From the NCBI GenBank assembly GCA_019057475.1, contig DXJO01000010.1, forward strand, positions 352,001 to 416,000: a stretch of 64,000 bases of DNA. The letters run 5' to 3'. Source of the stretch: Candidatus Thorarchaeota archaeon. GTDB taxonomy: Archaea; Asgardarchaeota; Thorarchaeia; Thorarchaeales; Thorarchaeaceae. A program made the position numbers and the translations under genes. Of the stretch, positions 39,801 to 48,800 are shown in pieces; positions within the stretch are counted from its first letter, which is position 1; every line of letters begins with the position of its first letter. The notes below the pieces were generated by a model. That model was given only the letters and a program-made list of their open reading frames with translations. It ran no database searches and had not been told where the DNA came from.

Positions 39801-41717
39801 TCGGAGATGGAGGTTGGCGAGTTCTTTGACGTTTCTGTGCTACTCTCTGACCACGCAGGCCAACCACTCATTGGCATGGATGTGATGCTATTACTGGAGG
39901 GTCCGGGAGGAGCGATAATCGGCCCCGTGGACCTCACAACGGATGAGAACGGACTAGTCTTCTGGAACGCTGTGCTTGACGATGCAGGTCCTTGGCAGCT
40001 CACCGCGCAGTTCGATGGTCTTGGAGTGTATCTAGCGGCTCAGGCAGTCCATGACATTGACGTGCGCGTAGCCACATTGGTTGAAGTGGTCTTGCTGGAC
40101 ACTGGCGATATAATTGCAGGAGTGAAGCCTGTATGCACAACTGTGCTTCTGACGGACTCTCAGGGGACTCCTCTTGAGGGACAGACGATACGCTACGAGG
40201 TCTACCACGAAGCATACGGACTGGTGGAGTCGGGTAGATTCATCCAGTTCGGTCACGATCCTGAGTCGTTCAACATCACTCTGGTCCGAGGGGGGAATCA
40301 TACCCTTGTGTTCGTGTTCGATGGAACGGAAACCTATCACTCCTCAACCGCAGCAGGGAATGTGAGGGTGCTTGGCACGAGTAAAATCTCCGTCACCGGA
40401 CCGACCAGTGTGGACAAGTCCAATGACTCAAAGCTAGTCGTTGCTGTGCTGGATGAACTGGATAGCAGGTTGGTCCTTGCTGAGCTTGATGTATCGATCA
40501 CTATGGACGGTCCTGATGGCGCAGTTAACCTAACCGCGTTGGCTGATTGGCAGGAGTTTGAGGTACACATTCCTCTGTGGGCGCTCCCCGTGGGAGCTTA
40601 CACGTTGGACATCACTGTGCTGGAATCCTCCATGCGACTGGGGGATGCCTTTCTCTACATGCTCAATATGACGGCAGAAACCACCCTGATGACAGAGGTA
40701 GAAGACCTCAGCGGTCTTGTTGGCCATTCACACTCTATCACTCTAATGCTGGCTGATACACTGGGGGTCGGCGTTGATGCGGTGGATGTCTGGGTCAGTC
40801 TCTTCGCTCCTGACGGCAGGGAGGTCTATGGGAGCCCACTGACCTCACAGACGAGGGTTGACAGTATTCATGGATTGATTGCCGTTTCGTGGAATCCGTC
40901 AATGACCGGCAATTATGCTCTGGAGGTCTGGTTCGAGGGTGACGATTTCAGGGGTGCCTCATGGTTCACAGTGATTGTGTTAACGCGCCGTGCCACGGTG
41001 TTGGAGATGAACTTGCCTGATGAGGTTACATTCCCCGCAGAACCGCAGCTTATTCTGAGTCTTAAGTCTGGGTTTGCCAAGCTAGCGGATGCGGATGTTC
41101 ACCTGTCTATTATGCTTGGGAATGAAACAATCTGGACAACTGTTCTGGAAACTGACTTCAGCGGGAGGGCGCTGATTAGCCTCGAAAGCCTTCTTGCGGG
41201 CGAATACGTGGCACTACTTTCCTATCTGGGGTCTGAAGTATATGCACCCATCAGTGCCTTCGCAGAGCTCAGGATATTGCCTAGCGTAGCCATTGCAATA
41301 GTCACTGTAACAGACGCCTACATTGGCTTCAATTGTTCCATCGTATTTGGGGTCGGAGTGCAGGGTGTGCCGGAGAACTGGCAGGGGACCATGCAAATCA
41401 CGATATCCGATTCTAATGGCTCTATCATGGCGGTCACAGAAACGATTTCGTCCGCCTTCGAGCTGAGTCTGCCCTTTGTGCCTAGACTGGATGGCGTACA
41501 TGGGCTGAACTTCACAATCAGCGGACTTCCAGTTATTACGAATTTTACGGATTGCTTCAGTTTCTCTGTGGTCGACGCTCCCCTTGCACTGAAATTAGAC
41601 CTTGGTTTAGCGCCTCTTCTCGGTGGAAGTGGGGCTATTGGTGTCATCGGCTTTCTTGTCCGCAGGAAATTAGGTGCTATGATGGACAACCTCCCAACAG
41701 AGTGGGAGTCGACTTGA
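33891..41717 (+). CDS. Giant (2608 aa) cell-surface protein: signal peptide, prenyltransferase/squalene-cyclase-like alpha-barrel repeats, long Ig-like array, C-terminal membrane anchor
   Basis: MKSRNR plus hydrophobic core; NGDGSF, NQLDSGGYG, QAQDSSGHY repeats; ~100-aa beta repeats with TNSTGHV/TNATGYV/TDENGLV; many NxS/T sequons; TM followed by RRK. Confidence 0.85.
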   Translation: MKSRNRLTLLVVFGLMLLSSMPLLATLHSSLEPPGGQTATRLENSFTRSADSGVLVQLGSYVVVSLPGAAIPDRGGEIESLLASFGVHTLLTTVSDTLSDPEVIESAQVVVLDASLGSEDGSSVPSEFVTLLLRYDRPIVMIGRAAWLLHRLRGLGSPSQTASINTLLQTSVGHEGAVFLSLPESLTLGASLTSETGLLLPNNRVQTERSRLEDLTGRGVSIQLAPLRHDAWPLDTFLFGPENPSLLTNDGRGLLLNTLAYATAIGESPTSQMLIDSQTADGELLAGGFHYQHESIVEFTYYAVHSMRSVLDATAWTQWRIDHQPKVQSILSTLYVETSSDACFMDSASGAKVNLKTTAWGLWLVEVMGLTSQFTASKLVANLSSGQGVSGDFDDDMTSAFFVTQALFEAGELSAINTGTLESWLRDCVVTGGDAPSNPEYWGGVSKNPSSIIPRNSYSAQYALTLEMLGESHHDPNKLTEWINEDSSNGDGSFNDVVGQSFETITGTSSALTTLSVLGTLSIPNRTAGLAWISFNQLDSGGYGMRDKALDIVAKSRETQRVALCLEELGETGGDIVDGVSDYFALVETDMGFETMEPIPTLMWSYWVTDIVRLSHGTINHEQAIDYLESFDEWRMYPFWSNMTTYAGAEYKSTQYRTKSVWSQFFGVGLAKSLSVQLSAGMVSGTSNYINQAQDSSGHYRNAPLSGSPHMQYSVAAVEALYLIDELDTIAYRTQLESALLSEYSSGQWSTDGWTLMPFAGQQSAIDQLCTRAAFRLGLIDATMASEIASNIEARIQYADLGALSHDVATLSLLNSSFSISVSSIDRSIVLGALGSSPFPDGWFNSTDLWQPALTAGVLEMISSLGLRTLLYDASGGSISAAVQSIPEVGQILSFDVVITSSLATHTVYVQAFGEWVRFDDIANTDTLEVPVPNDESDLGPANVSVMLWDWGASRAFDSVTTQVSGTLQGALNIETPTVFLNERVNGTVTWSLTSGADAGLTEIVIRLGDPPTYQEWTYNDVSPFHFSVPTTGFDTGMYNLTVTLNREYCDALLLREEVAVASPDPTYMLAPAALSGDVGQVLVIDWSLHFWENDSLIPGQLVSLEVRDDTESIVHTDTAISTTNLGHFHWTPSMRGVFTFKVVFERNGTLESSEASGLANVFEDTVLEWVDPGTINQYTTVSISVQLRTGTGEPLAGQSVHITITAPSSSILLDATFMTNSTGHVQVTFTLNENGIYSLKASFTGQGFLKATETTNNLTSWSDSTLTLGGVPVEGLTEESWNFWALLEDATPLPLEGESVIMRVILLPSTVVFEQTLSTNATGYVSVTWSTSTAGSYLVESEYEGTISRQVQFDSSPLDVRISVSLSIEISSDPEVSVSGWVRIYAEGSWGSPVVGLVVMLAIRDPADFVVFEETILTGGSGYANFSWVPSVRGLNTIAATSDRQAWFEASEVNTTTGVMEQPTIAIDIDELLAPANSFLTVSVIDSSLIGASGVTVRTIVTLNDATILDVTNVTAGDGIIILNLQLTEPGNLGIAVSMSERGWFLAQANSTAYSIHGLTQISVSAHPQPVDQGTTYPVKATLIGWDGQPMVGALVTISVSWTNGILVDSATLSTGVDGTCTLGHIFNSVGDFILNATYVGTGLNCTAMDTEVQRVRITPSLTLTHDPTSLLGDDVQVLCGVYDAFGQYVTGRTLTLSIMMDSILVFETQFISGSELSMVLWTPTERGLATITLTHTGDAFYLGNSTISTMSILEHVSGTLEIDPAPIDVFQTTTLTYTLGSTTSLLGIEIVFEVLGIDLVPVWAVSAFTNISGVVEVQYIADDMHGVLMAQAGPSEDQFLVGGDVQEQLVAITQCHTTTEFTPPPASVGSTVNITINAVDDLGNAIDGLSVQVTLFNPYGQPIKLGVWSNSITITLEDGVAYVEFTPEYSGLYTVYLDSSGSVSVHSFHQESFHTVHTPTFLDFLDTPSEMEVGEFFDVSVLLSDHAGQPLIGMDVMLLLEGPGGAIIGPVDLTTDENGLVFWNAVLDDAGPWQLTAQFDGLGVYLAAQAVHDIDVRVATLVEVVLLDTGDIIAGVKPVCTTVLLTDSQGTPLEGQTIRYEVYHEAYGLVESGRFIQFGHDPESFNITLVRGGNHTLVFVFDGTETYHSSTAAGNVRVLGTSKISVTGPTSVDKSNDSKLVVAVLDELDSRLVLAELDVSITMDGPDGAVNLTALADWQEFEVHIPLWALPVGAYTLDITVLESSMRLGDAFLYMLNMTAETTLMTEVEDLSGLVGHSHSITLMLADTLGVGVDAVDVWVSLFAPDGREVYGSPLTSQTRVDSIHGLIAVSWNPSMTGNYALEVWFEGDDFRGASWFTVIVLTRRATVLEMNLPDEVTFPAEPQLILSLKSGFAKLADADVHLSIMLGNETIWTTVLETDFSGRALISLESLLAGEYVALLSYLGSEVYAPISAFAELRILPSVAIAIVTVTDAYIGFNCSIVFGVGVQGVPENWQGTMQITISDSNGSIMAVTETISSAFELSLPFVPRLDGVHGLNFTISGLPVITNFTDCFSFSVVDAPLALKLDLGLAPLLGGSGAIGVIGFLVRRKLGAMMDNLPTEWEST

Positions 41718-41739
41718 TGAATGAGTGGCTGAGTGTTCT

Positions 41740-43731
41740 TCAGGACCGGCCTCGGATCTGAGAGAGCATTGCTGAAACGTCATCATCCCAGCTGCCGTCT
41801 TCATTCAGGAGTCGAGTGTAGATATTTTGCAAATAGCCTTGATATGCCGTGATTGGCATGCATCGCGCTTCAATTCCGAATTCTTGAGCCCTTGCAGGGA
41901 GAACGGCCACCAATTCGTGCAAAGCATCATCGGGTACGCGGGATATGAGGTAGCAGGACTTGCCGTTTCTTGAAACCCTTGCGGTAGTGGTTGGAGTCTG
42001 CGACAGGAATCCTCTTACCATTGCGCAGACATGACCGGGTTCACCATGAGCCATTATGAAAACCGAAGACAGACCTACTGGCGTGGGGCTATACTGCAGA
42101 CGCAGAATACCGGACTTCTTCAACTTGGCTAATGTGGAACTGAATTGTTCTTTCGTGATCCCGTGATACAGCCAAAACCTGTCTGCCTCAAGGTCGTCGA
42201 GGCTTATGCCCCGAGAAGTAAGGTCAAGGATTATAGCTTCATTCTTGCTCAATTTCCAGGGTGTTTTTCCTTGCCACCCTCCAAATTCGTTCCTGAGTCG
42301 TCGTATTGTTCGTGTTCCCTCAATTGACCTCATGGTCCTTGGAATGGATATTTTCCATTTCCTTTTGCCTTCATCGTACAATGCAAGATTGGTCGAGCTG
42401 CCGGACCATTCAATCTCCTCAATGGACGGTCTAGCCCTCATGACACGCTCCGCCGCTGACGGTGGCATGTACATCACTTGCAGGTTGGGTGGTCTGCCCA
42501 CATCATTACTCAAACGAGCGGAAAATGCCAGATGGTTGTGGGGCCACCTGTGAGCGGCTCCAACATAGATCAAGTGTCGAAGTCCTAGCGATTGCGGTTC
42601 AATGTAAGGAGTAAGATACAGGCCGTGCTTTGCAAGAGCCAAGCGTTCTCCCCATGCTCTTCTCGACCCCATAGCGGTTGCACTGGTCACCGGAAGTCCA
42701 ACAACCACATCGCCGTCTGCATTAAGGTCCATGGCATACTTGATAGCCTTTCCAGTCCAGTCAGGAAACTGCTCCCATATCTTCCGGAACGCCATCGACC
42801 ATGGCGTCTTCTCCTCCGATTCAGTTGGGGGACGCGTAAGAGGAGGGAGTCTGTCAGATGCTCCGAGCTTCATTAGCCGGACGTACGGAGGGGGTGGAAG
42901 TCCAGCCAGAAGACATAGCAGATGCCCGGCATACAAATTTGAAAACAGGCGGAGCGATTCCGTGTTGGTGAAGAACCTCACCGGGTCCTTGTCTGGAAGC
43001 CCCTTTCGAGTACTCCACGCGAGGAACGCCATTATTTCCTCACGTACTTCGCTCGGGAACTCCTTGGGGACGAGTTGACTGACCGTTTCCCTCATATTCC
43101 TGCCAATCATTAGTCCCTGAATCCGAACCTGATTAGCAAGTGATGCGATATCTTCCCACGTTGGAGGCGGCCCATCCAGTATTCCCAATGCTCTTGTTAC
43201 TGCTGATTCGGATTCTTTTGCGCTGATGCTTTGGTACATCTCATCGTCAGCATCAACGTCATCCATCATGGTAATGATGCTGGCTTCGTACTTGTGGATG
43301 GCGTGTGATTCATGAACATCTGCTGTGGCAGTGTTGACAATGGTTAGCCAGTAGCGTTCATTACTTTGCATCTTCTGGACAACAATCAACGCCTCCTTGC
43401 CATTCTTCGTCATCCTTGATGTCCAGCCTTGTGAGGGTGGAGGGTATAGATCGTCGGATGGCCGTTTCGCCTCTGCTGAGTAGAGTCGCATCGTCATGCT
43501 AATGGGTTTCAAGACGACTCTTGCCGCTTTCATGAGGGGGATGTTCTTCGAAACTCCGTTCTCATCCACAACGATTTCGTTACTGACCTCGTAGGCAGTA
43601 TCTCCAGAAGCCAGTTCGCCTGATTCCAGAGCGATGTGTGGGCCAGCTGCGTCCCAGATGAGTTGACCTAGGACACAGTCACCGGCAGGCGTGAACACCT
43701 TCACACTGATTCCATCGCGCTCTGGTGGCAT
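41740..43731 (-). CDS. Large putative transcription regulator with C-terminal wHTH plus Lrp/AsnC-like module (paralogue B)
   Basis: LSKNEAIILDL...GITKEQFSSTLAKLKKSGILRLQY; ends Y..NIYTRLLNEDGSWDD, like YRMTLLHRLHSEKGWRD of paralogue A. Confidence 0.55.
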   Translation of the reverse strand: MPPERDGISVKVFTPAGDCVLGQLIWDAAGPHIALESGELASGDTAYEVSNEIVVDENGVSKNIPLMKAARVVLKPISMTMRLYSAEAKRPSDDLYPPPSQGWTSRMTKNGKEALIVVQKMQSNERYWLTIVNTATADVHESHAIHKYEASIITMMDDVDADDEMYQSISAKESESAVTRALGILDGPPPTWEDIASLANQVRIQGLMIGRNMRETVSQLVPKEFPSEVREEIMAFLAWSTRKGLPDKDPVRFFTNTESLRLFSNLYAGHLLCLLAGLPPPPYVRLMKLGASDRLPPLTRPPTESEEKTPWSMAFRKIWEQFPDWTGKAIKYAMDLNADGDVVVGLPVTSATAMGSRRAWGERLALAKHGLYLTPYIEPQSLGLRHLIYVGAAHRWPHNHLAFSARLSNDVGRPPNLQVMYMPPSAAERVMRARPSIEEIEWSGSSTNLALYDEGKRKWKISIPRTMRSIEGTRTIRRLRNEFGGWQGKTPWKLSKNEAIILDLTSRGISLDDLEADRFWLYHGITKEQFSSTLAKLKKSGILRLQYSPTPVGLSSVFIMAHGEPGHVCAMVRGFLSQTPTTTARVSRNGKSCYLISRVPDDALHELVAVLPARAQEFGIEARCMPITAYQGYLQNIYTRLLNEDGSWDDDVSAMLSQIRGRS

Positions 43732-43763
43732 AAGGCTAGTTCCTTCTCATGATTGATTCCGAC

Positions 43764-44456
43764 CTATCTCTCTCCATAGATGCTATTCCATACCCTGTTG
43801 GTCTGCTCTTCGGTTGCCCCAATGGTCTTGAGGTCTTTCTTCGCAGCCTCGCCCCGTTTCATCTCCAGAACCAGTAGGAATAGGTCGTGTTGCACTTTCA
43901 GGCTGCTCTCTCTTGCGCTGTTGATCACTGTGGGAGTCTTCTCCCGCTCGAAGAACCGGGCGCGTGCCTCACGAGGCTTGATGGGCTCTATACTAACCAG
44001 TCTGAGGGCCTCGGCCTCTCCGTCAAGCTGGGATAACATAATCCACAGGTCGGCATCCTCCTTGTGAGCAAAGAGCCGAAGGTACGGTTCATCTGACTCA
44101 TCGTTCTCTGCAGTGGCAAGGAAGACCATGTCCATCTCGATGTCGATATCACCGTACATCCTTGTGTTCCTTGCCTTTTTGAAGACCTCTTTTGCGACCC
44201 TTGCCTGCTCCCTGCGATGGGACATCTTCACCATCCACTGCATGACAACTTCCACTTGCTGACCATTATCCACCCTGCTTTTCAGGAAGTGGACCCTTTT
44301 GCCATCATAGTCCAGCCGCCATGTGGTCGTGAACACTGTCTTGTTATCCTCTCCCAGACCGCCATCAACTTCAGTGATGGTTTTAAAAGTGTCTGCTTTG
44401 CTCGACTTGATCTCTGTGATAGAAGGTCTTACTACGGGCCTCGATTGGGTTGGCAT
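43764..44456 (-). CDS. Hypothetical protein, probably co-transcribed with paralogue B
   Basis: 230-aa ORF, 32 bp upstream of the next gene. Confidence 0.65.
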   Translation of the reverse strand: MPTQSRPVVRPSITEIKSSKADTFKTITEVDGGLGEDNKTVFTTTWRLDYDGKRVHFLKSRVDNGQQVEVVMQWMVKMSHRREQARVAKEVFKKARNTRMYGDIDIEMDMVFLATAENDESDEPYLRLFAHKEDADLWIMLSQLDGEAEALRLVSIEPIKPREARARFFEREKTPTVINSARESSLKVQHDLFLLVLEMKRGEAAKKDLKTIGATEEQTNRVWNSIYGER

Positions 44457-44566
44457 ACCCCATAATGTGCTTCCACTCCGTAAAAAGTAGCACGGTCACT
44501 CTGGTAGGATTGAGCAGGCTACAACTGGGAGAGAAGAGGAGGCTCAGATGATGGAGCTACTTGCTC

Positions 44567-45265
44567 CTACAAGATGTCTGGTGGGGGGCCAAGAGCTGCG
44601 CCACAGCTTGAGCAGAATTGGGCATTCGGAAGACGTAGGTGTTGGCCGCAGTGTGGGCAATAGTTCGTCCTCACCCGCCCAGATGTATGGGCTTGCTGGG
44701 ATGGAGGCTGTACGTACTCCGGCACTTGCTTCCTCGTCTTCGTGCGCTTTCCCACGTAGTGAAATACTACTGCAATCCCTACGATTACCAATGCGAGAAG
44801 GCCTAGACCTGCCATCCCTAACAATGTGCTAGATGGCGATGTGGGCGACCGAACCTCGACAGTCCCTTCAACATGTTTCCTAGTGAACCAGTTGTCATTG
44901 TAGAACACAACCCGCCACTCACCGTCTGAGGGCACACTGAAGCTGGTTGAGTAGCTTCCCACGTTCTCATGCAACACAGAAACTGTCACGCTATTCCCGT
45001 CACTCCAGAGGTCGTAAGTCTCACCATCACAAATGAAGAAGTCGATGTCTGACCCCGATGTAACCTCAAAGTCTACGTAGATCACATCACCCTCATCAAG
45101 CTGGGTCTGGTAGAAGCTATACCATGATCGTTGGTCTAGCCATATGTCAACATCTGCAAGAGGTCGCATATCGTTCTCTTGAGCTGGTGCCGCAGCTTGA
45201 ACTAGCACAGGCGCTATGGCGAAGACCACTAGAATGCATGCGATGGTTTCCCTTTTCACGGACAT
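44567..45265 (-). CDS. Single-pass membrane protein: signal peptide, GOLD-like beta-sandwich, TM, cytoplasmic Zn ribbon
   Basis: MSVKRETIACILVV...; FEVTSGSDIDFFI...GEWRVVFYN; TM; CPHCG...FCSSCG. Confidence 0.75.
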   Translation of the reverse strand: MSVKRETIACILVVFAIAPVLVQAAAPAQENDMRPLADVDIWLDQRSWYSFYQTQLDEGDVIYVDFEVTSGSDIDFFICDGETYDLWSDGNSVTVSVLHENVGSYSTSFSVPSDGEWRVVFYNDNWFTRKHVEGTVEVRSPTSPSSTLLGMAGLGLLALVIVGIAVVFHYVGKRTKTRKQVPEYVQPPSQQAHTSGRVRTNYCPHCGQHLRLPNAQFCSSCGAALGPPPDIL

Positions 45266-45395
45266 GTCCCACCTTAGTCCAAGAGAGTGTATCACCGGAA
45301 TAAGTAGCTTCTCTTGACAGACCCCCTAGCCATATGCCCGCCCTCAAGAACACCCACTAATGACCCAACCTGAAATCGATGCCTTTAGGTTGAAC

Positions 45396-45564
45396 AGGGT
45401 ACAGATTATCACGGTTCATGTATGCAAGAAGCCGACAGAAGGGCGGTGGGGGCCTATGGAGGCCTAAGAATTCTCAAGATGTATTCTAAACCCGCAATAG
45501 GACTCCTTGTACCTCTTTAGGTTCTATCCGCCCTTTATCAGTTTCAACCGACACTTCAAGTACT
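45396..45564 (+). promoter_or_regulatory. Conserved upstream element copy 4 (HerA/VirB4 ATPase operon)
   Basis: Box A AGGGTACAGATTATCACGGT (45396-45415), box B GTATTCTAAA (45481-45490), TATA-like TTCAAGTACT (45555-45564). Confidence 0.8.
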
Positions 45565-45822
45565 ATCTGCTAGACTCATATCTTCATGTGAGATTGACCT
45601 TATGACTTTCCTGTGCACCGACATAGAGCGACATTCTTTGGGAAACAGCCCTTGGCCTTCGGCATGTGAGAAACGGGTGATTCACTCGCGGCAATGCATG
45701 TTACCGCTCCATGAAAGAAACCATTCTAAGCCGCATCCTTCGGGAGGTGCTCCTGAACGCCATCTTCAGCAACCTCGAACCGCCTTCGACGGATTTCGGT
45801 TGTATGTCAGAGGGGATACTGA

Positions 45823-48800
45823 ATGATTTTCTCAATTATCAAACCACTTGTGAAGTACGCCATAATGTTGATTGTGGTCGTGTTCGGAGCAATGATCTGT
45901 GCCCTCATTGCCACGATTCCCATACGACTGAACCCTGCGATGCCCAGCCTGCTGCGAACTCTTGGCTTCTGGATCTCGGTATTGTGCTTTGGAGTGGGAA
46001 TGCTTGATTTGGTCTTCCGACGCAGCATGCAAGTCATGAAGCAGTCGGGCAAGATTGGAGTCGCAGTGCCTTTCGCGGTCCTCATCATAAGCATCCCGAT
46101 AACCCTAATCGAGGTTGCACTGAGGATTGTCGACCCCATGACACTGGCATGCATGGTGGTCATGGCTGTCGTATCCATCGTGTTCTTGTACGACGACATC
46201 GTAGCTCGAGTCAACAAGCTCCGAGGTATGACTTCAGGCGAATCAGGCACTTACTCGAAGCCAAGCATATCTTCGAGGTCACGTCCTCTGAGCGCAAACG
46301 CCCTTGCTAAGCAGTCAGACAACATTCTGGTGGGGGCATACGAGGTTGTAGAATGTCCTGTGGACTATATCGGTGGTGCTTCCACAGCGGACAGACGAGA
46401 GCTCTACGAACCATTCCACACACTTGTCCGGGGTATGGCAGGCAGCAAAGCACCGGTAGGTCTACGGTTAGAGCGCATTGAAGGTCGGACGCGGGAGTTC
46501 TTCCTCACAGTTGGTCTGACAGCAGCCGGCCTTACCCACAACATGGACCTGCTTGAGAGGATTCTTGCAGGGAATCTGCCAAGATTCAGGTTCAAGCGTC
46601 ATAACCGGTTCACTTGCCCAACTGCGAAGATTGGCATGACTGGCGCCTTGGCCCATCTCACCGGCGAGCCCCTGAGTGTTACAGACACACGGCAGAGTGT
46701 AGACCCCCTTACAGTCCTTGCAGAGTCGTTCCAGCATCATGAGGATGGCATCATGCAGGTCTTTGTGACTCCTGCCCCTCAAGGAGTTGTCAGGTCATTG
46801 ACACGAGCCTGGAAGGGTAGGCAGTACCAGAACAAGACGCAACAAGCAACGAAGACGGTCTCCAAGAAGAGCAGTGGGCTGTTCTCAGGCGGTTCTGAGG
46901 AGTCTGTAACGACGGTCAATGTGGCCGCTGCAAGTGAAGCTGACCGACTTGATCGAGAGGTCCAGCGATACAGAGCGGAGAACGCATGCGAGCTGGAGGC
47001 AATAGTCGGGTACTGGGATGACTCACGCAGAGACGCAACGCAGGAGGCTCACACCCTGATGGAAATTCTGAGGGGTGCAGTGGTCCCTGCAGATGTTGAA
47101 CGAGACCTGAAAATCACAACTAGCAGGAGGAGCGAGGACTTTCAGAGGCTCGTAGATGGAAAGCCTGTTGGTATCGCAACGCTTCTCCTACCAGAAGAGG
47201 CCTCAATGTTCCTTACACTGCCCCGTTGTGACCTAGGGATTGTCACTTCTAGACGTGAGTCCTTCTCTACAGCCACGACTCCTGTTCCCGCCCCACTGGA
47301 GGATGCGATAAGCCCCGGTGAAGGCTCTGTGACAGCATCTCAGAAATCCGGACGAAGCAGATACGAAATGAAACAGCCATATCCCAATAGGAGGGGCGGG
47401 GTTATTCTCGGGAATCCAATTCGGAAGAGCGGGGACGCCATAGCTGGCAAGTTCATATGGTTCCGCCATCAGCAGTTCGAGTCACACATTGGCATATACG
47501 GAAACACACGGTCCGGAAAGACAACAACCGCTCTCTCTGTTGCGGCTCAGGCGATCAACTGTGGAATACGGACATTGATGCTCATTCCTCGGAAGGGCGG
47601 AGACTGGGTAAGGCTGTCGTACATGAAGCCTGAGATCTGGGTCTTCACAGCAGGAAATCAAGGCGGCACACAGTTTCGCAAGAACATCTTCATACCTCCC
47701 ACTGGAGTACAGCTCACCAGGTGGATAGCGGAGCTAGTCAAGATATTCTCCGCGTGGCTCCCCAACGACCGCGTGATGAGTATGCACTTCGATGACATCT
47801 TTCATACAATATACCGCAACTGTGGCTGGAACCAAGATACGAACGTGCAGGGAAGACCCCCTCTGCTGAAGGACTTCTGGGATGCAGTGGAGGAGGTCTG
47901 CATCGACTTCCAGTACAGTGACGAGCTCAAGAGCAACTTCTACGGTGCACTGTACAGCCGTATGTCCAGCATGCTGCGGAACCACGGCATAGTGGACATG
48001 TACAATACAACTGAAGGCATCACTTGGGAGGAGCTGGTGGAGAATGATGTCATCATCATCATGGAGGACCTTCCAGAGGCTGACATGGCATTGCTCACGA
48101 GCATACTGCTGGCAGGGGTTCACCTCTACAAGATAGCACACCCGACCGAGATGATAACGAATCTCGTGGTGCTGGAAGAGGCCAGCTATCTGCTCAAGAG
48201 GTCTACTGGACATGATATCTATGGTCCTGACGTACACGAGGTGATGTCACGGGGCATTGTGGACATGTTCACCACGGGTGGTGGTAACGGTCTTGGCTGC
48301 ATGGTCGTTGAACAGCTGCCCGTGCGTCTTGTGAAGGATGTGTTCAAACTGATCGTCAATGTCATAGTCCATGCCATGGCCGATGAGGATGAGAGAAGGC
48401 TGGTCGGCGGTCACATAGGCGTTGATGAGAAGCAGTTGGACCACCTCAGACAGATGCGGAGGGGTGAGACCGTTGTTCATCTGGAGGGGCAGGGCGTGCC
48501 ACAGAGTGTCAAGATCATGCCCTTGGATATCTTTCTTGAAGCCCCCCTTCCGAAGAAGCCATTGACCAACGAGATGATTCGCGATGTGATGAGACCTATT
48601 TACGAGAAGCATCCGAACCTCGCATCAGTTGAGGAGCTGCCCAGTGAGATCATTGCGCGCATCGAACGAGCGAAACCCAGTGCAGAGGAGTCAACAAAGG
48701 AAGTACAGAGAGAACGCGTGCACCTGTCCATCGAGCGGATACTGGACCCTGATGCCAAGACGCGCCTCAGCCATCTTGTTGAGAACCATAGGTTCTCGAA

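Noticed and set aside
33891-41717. Giant protein as a fusexin, alpha-2-macroglobulin or active squalene cyclase
   Set aside because: It lacks the Cys-rich fusexin pattern, the CGEQ thioester and the DxDD motif.
13998-45416. Exact 24-bp direct repeat (13998-14021 and 45393-45416) read as attL/attR of a 31-kb integrated element
   Set aside because: Two more copies exist, one inverted and one internal. All sit at a fixed distance from gene-proximal boxes, and there is no integrase or tRNA target. A regulatory site fits better.
45602-46007. Short ORFs 45602-45826 and 45711-46007 upstream of the ATPase
   Set aside because: They have no motifs, and the second overlaps the ATPase by 185 bp. A leader peptide in this long 5' region cannot be excluded but is unsupported.
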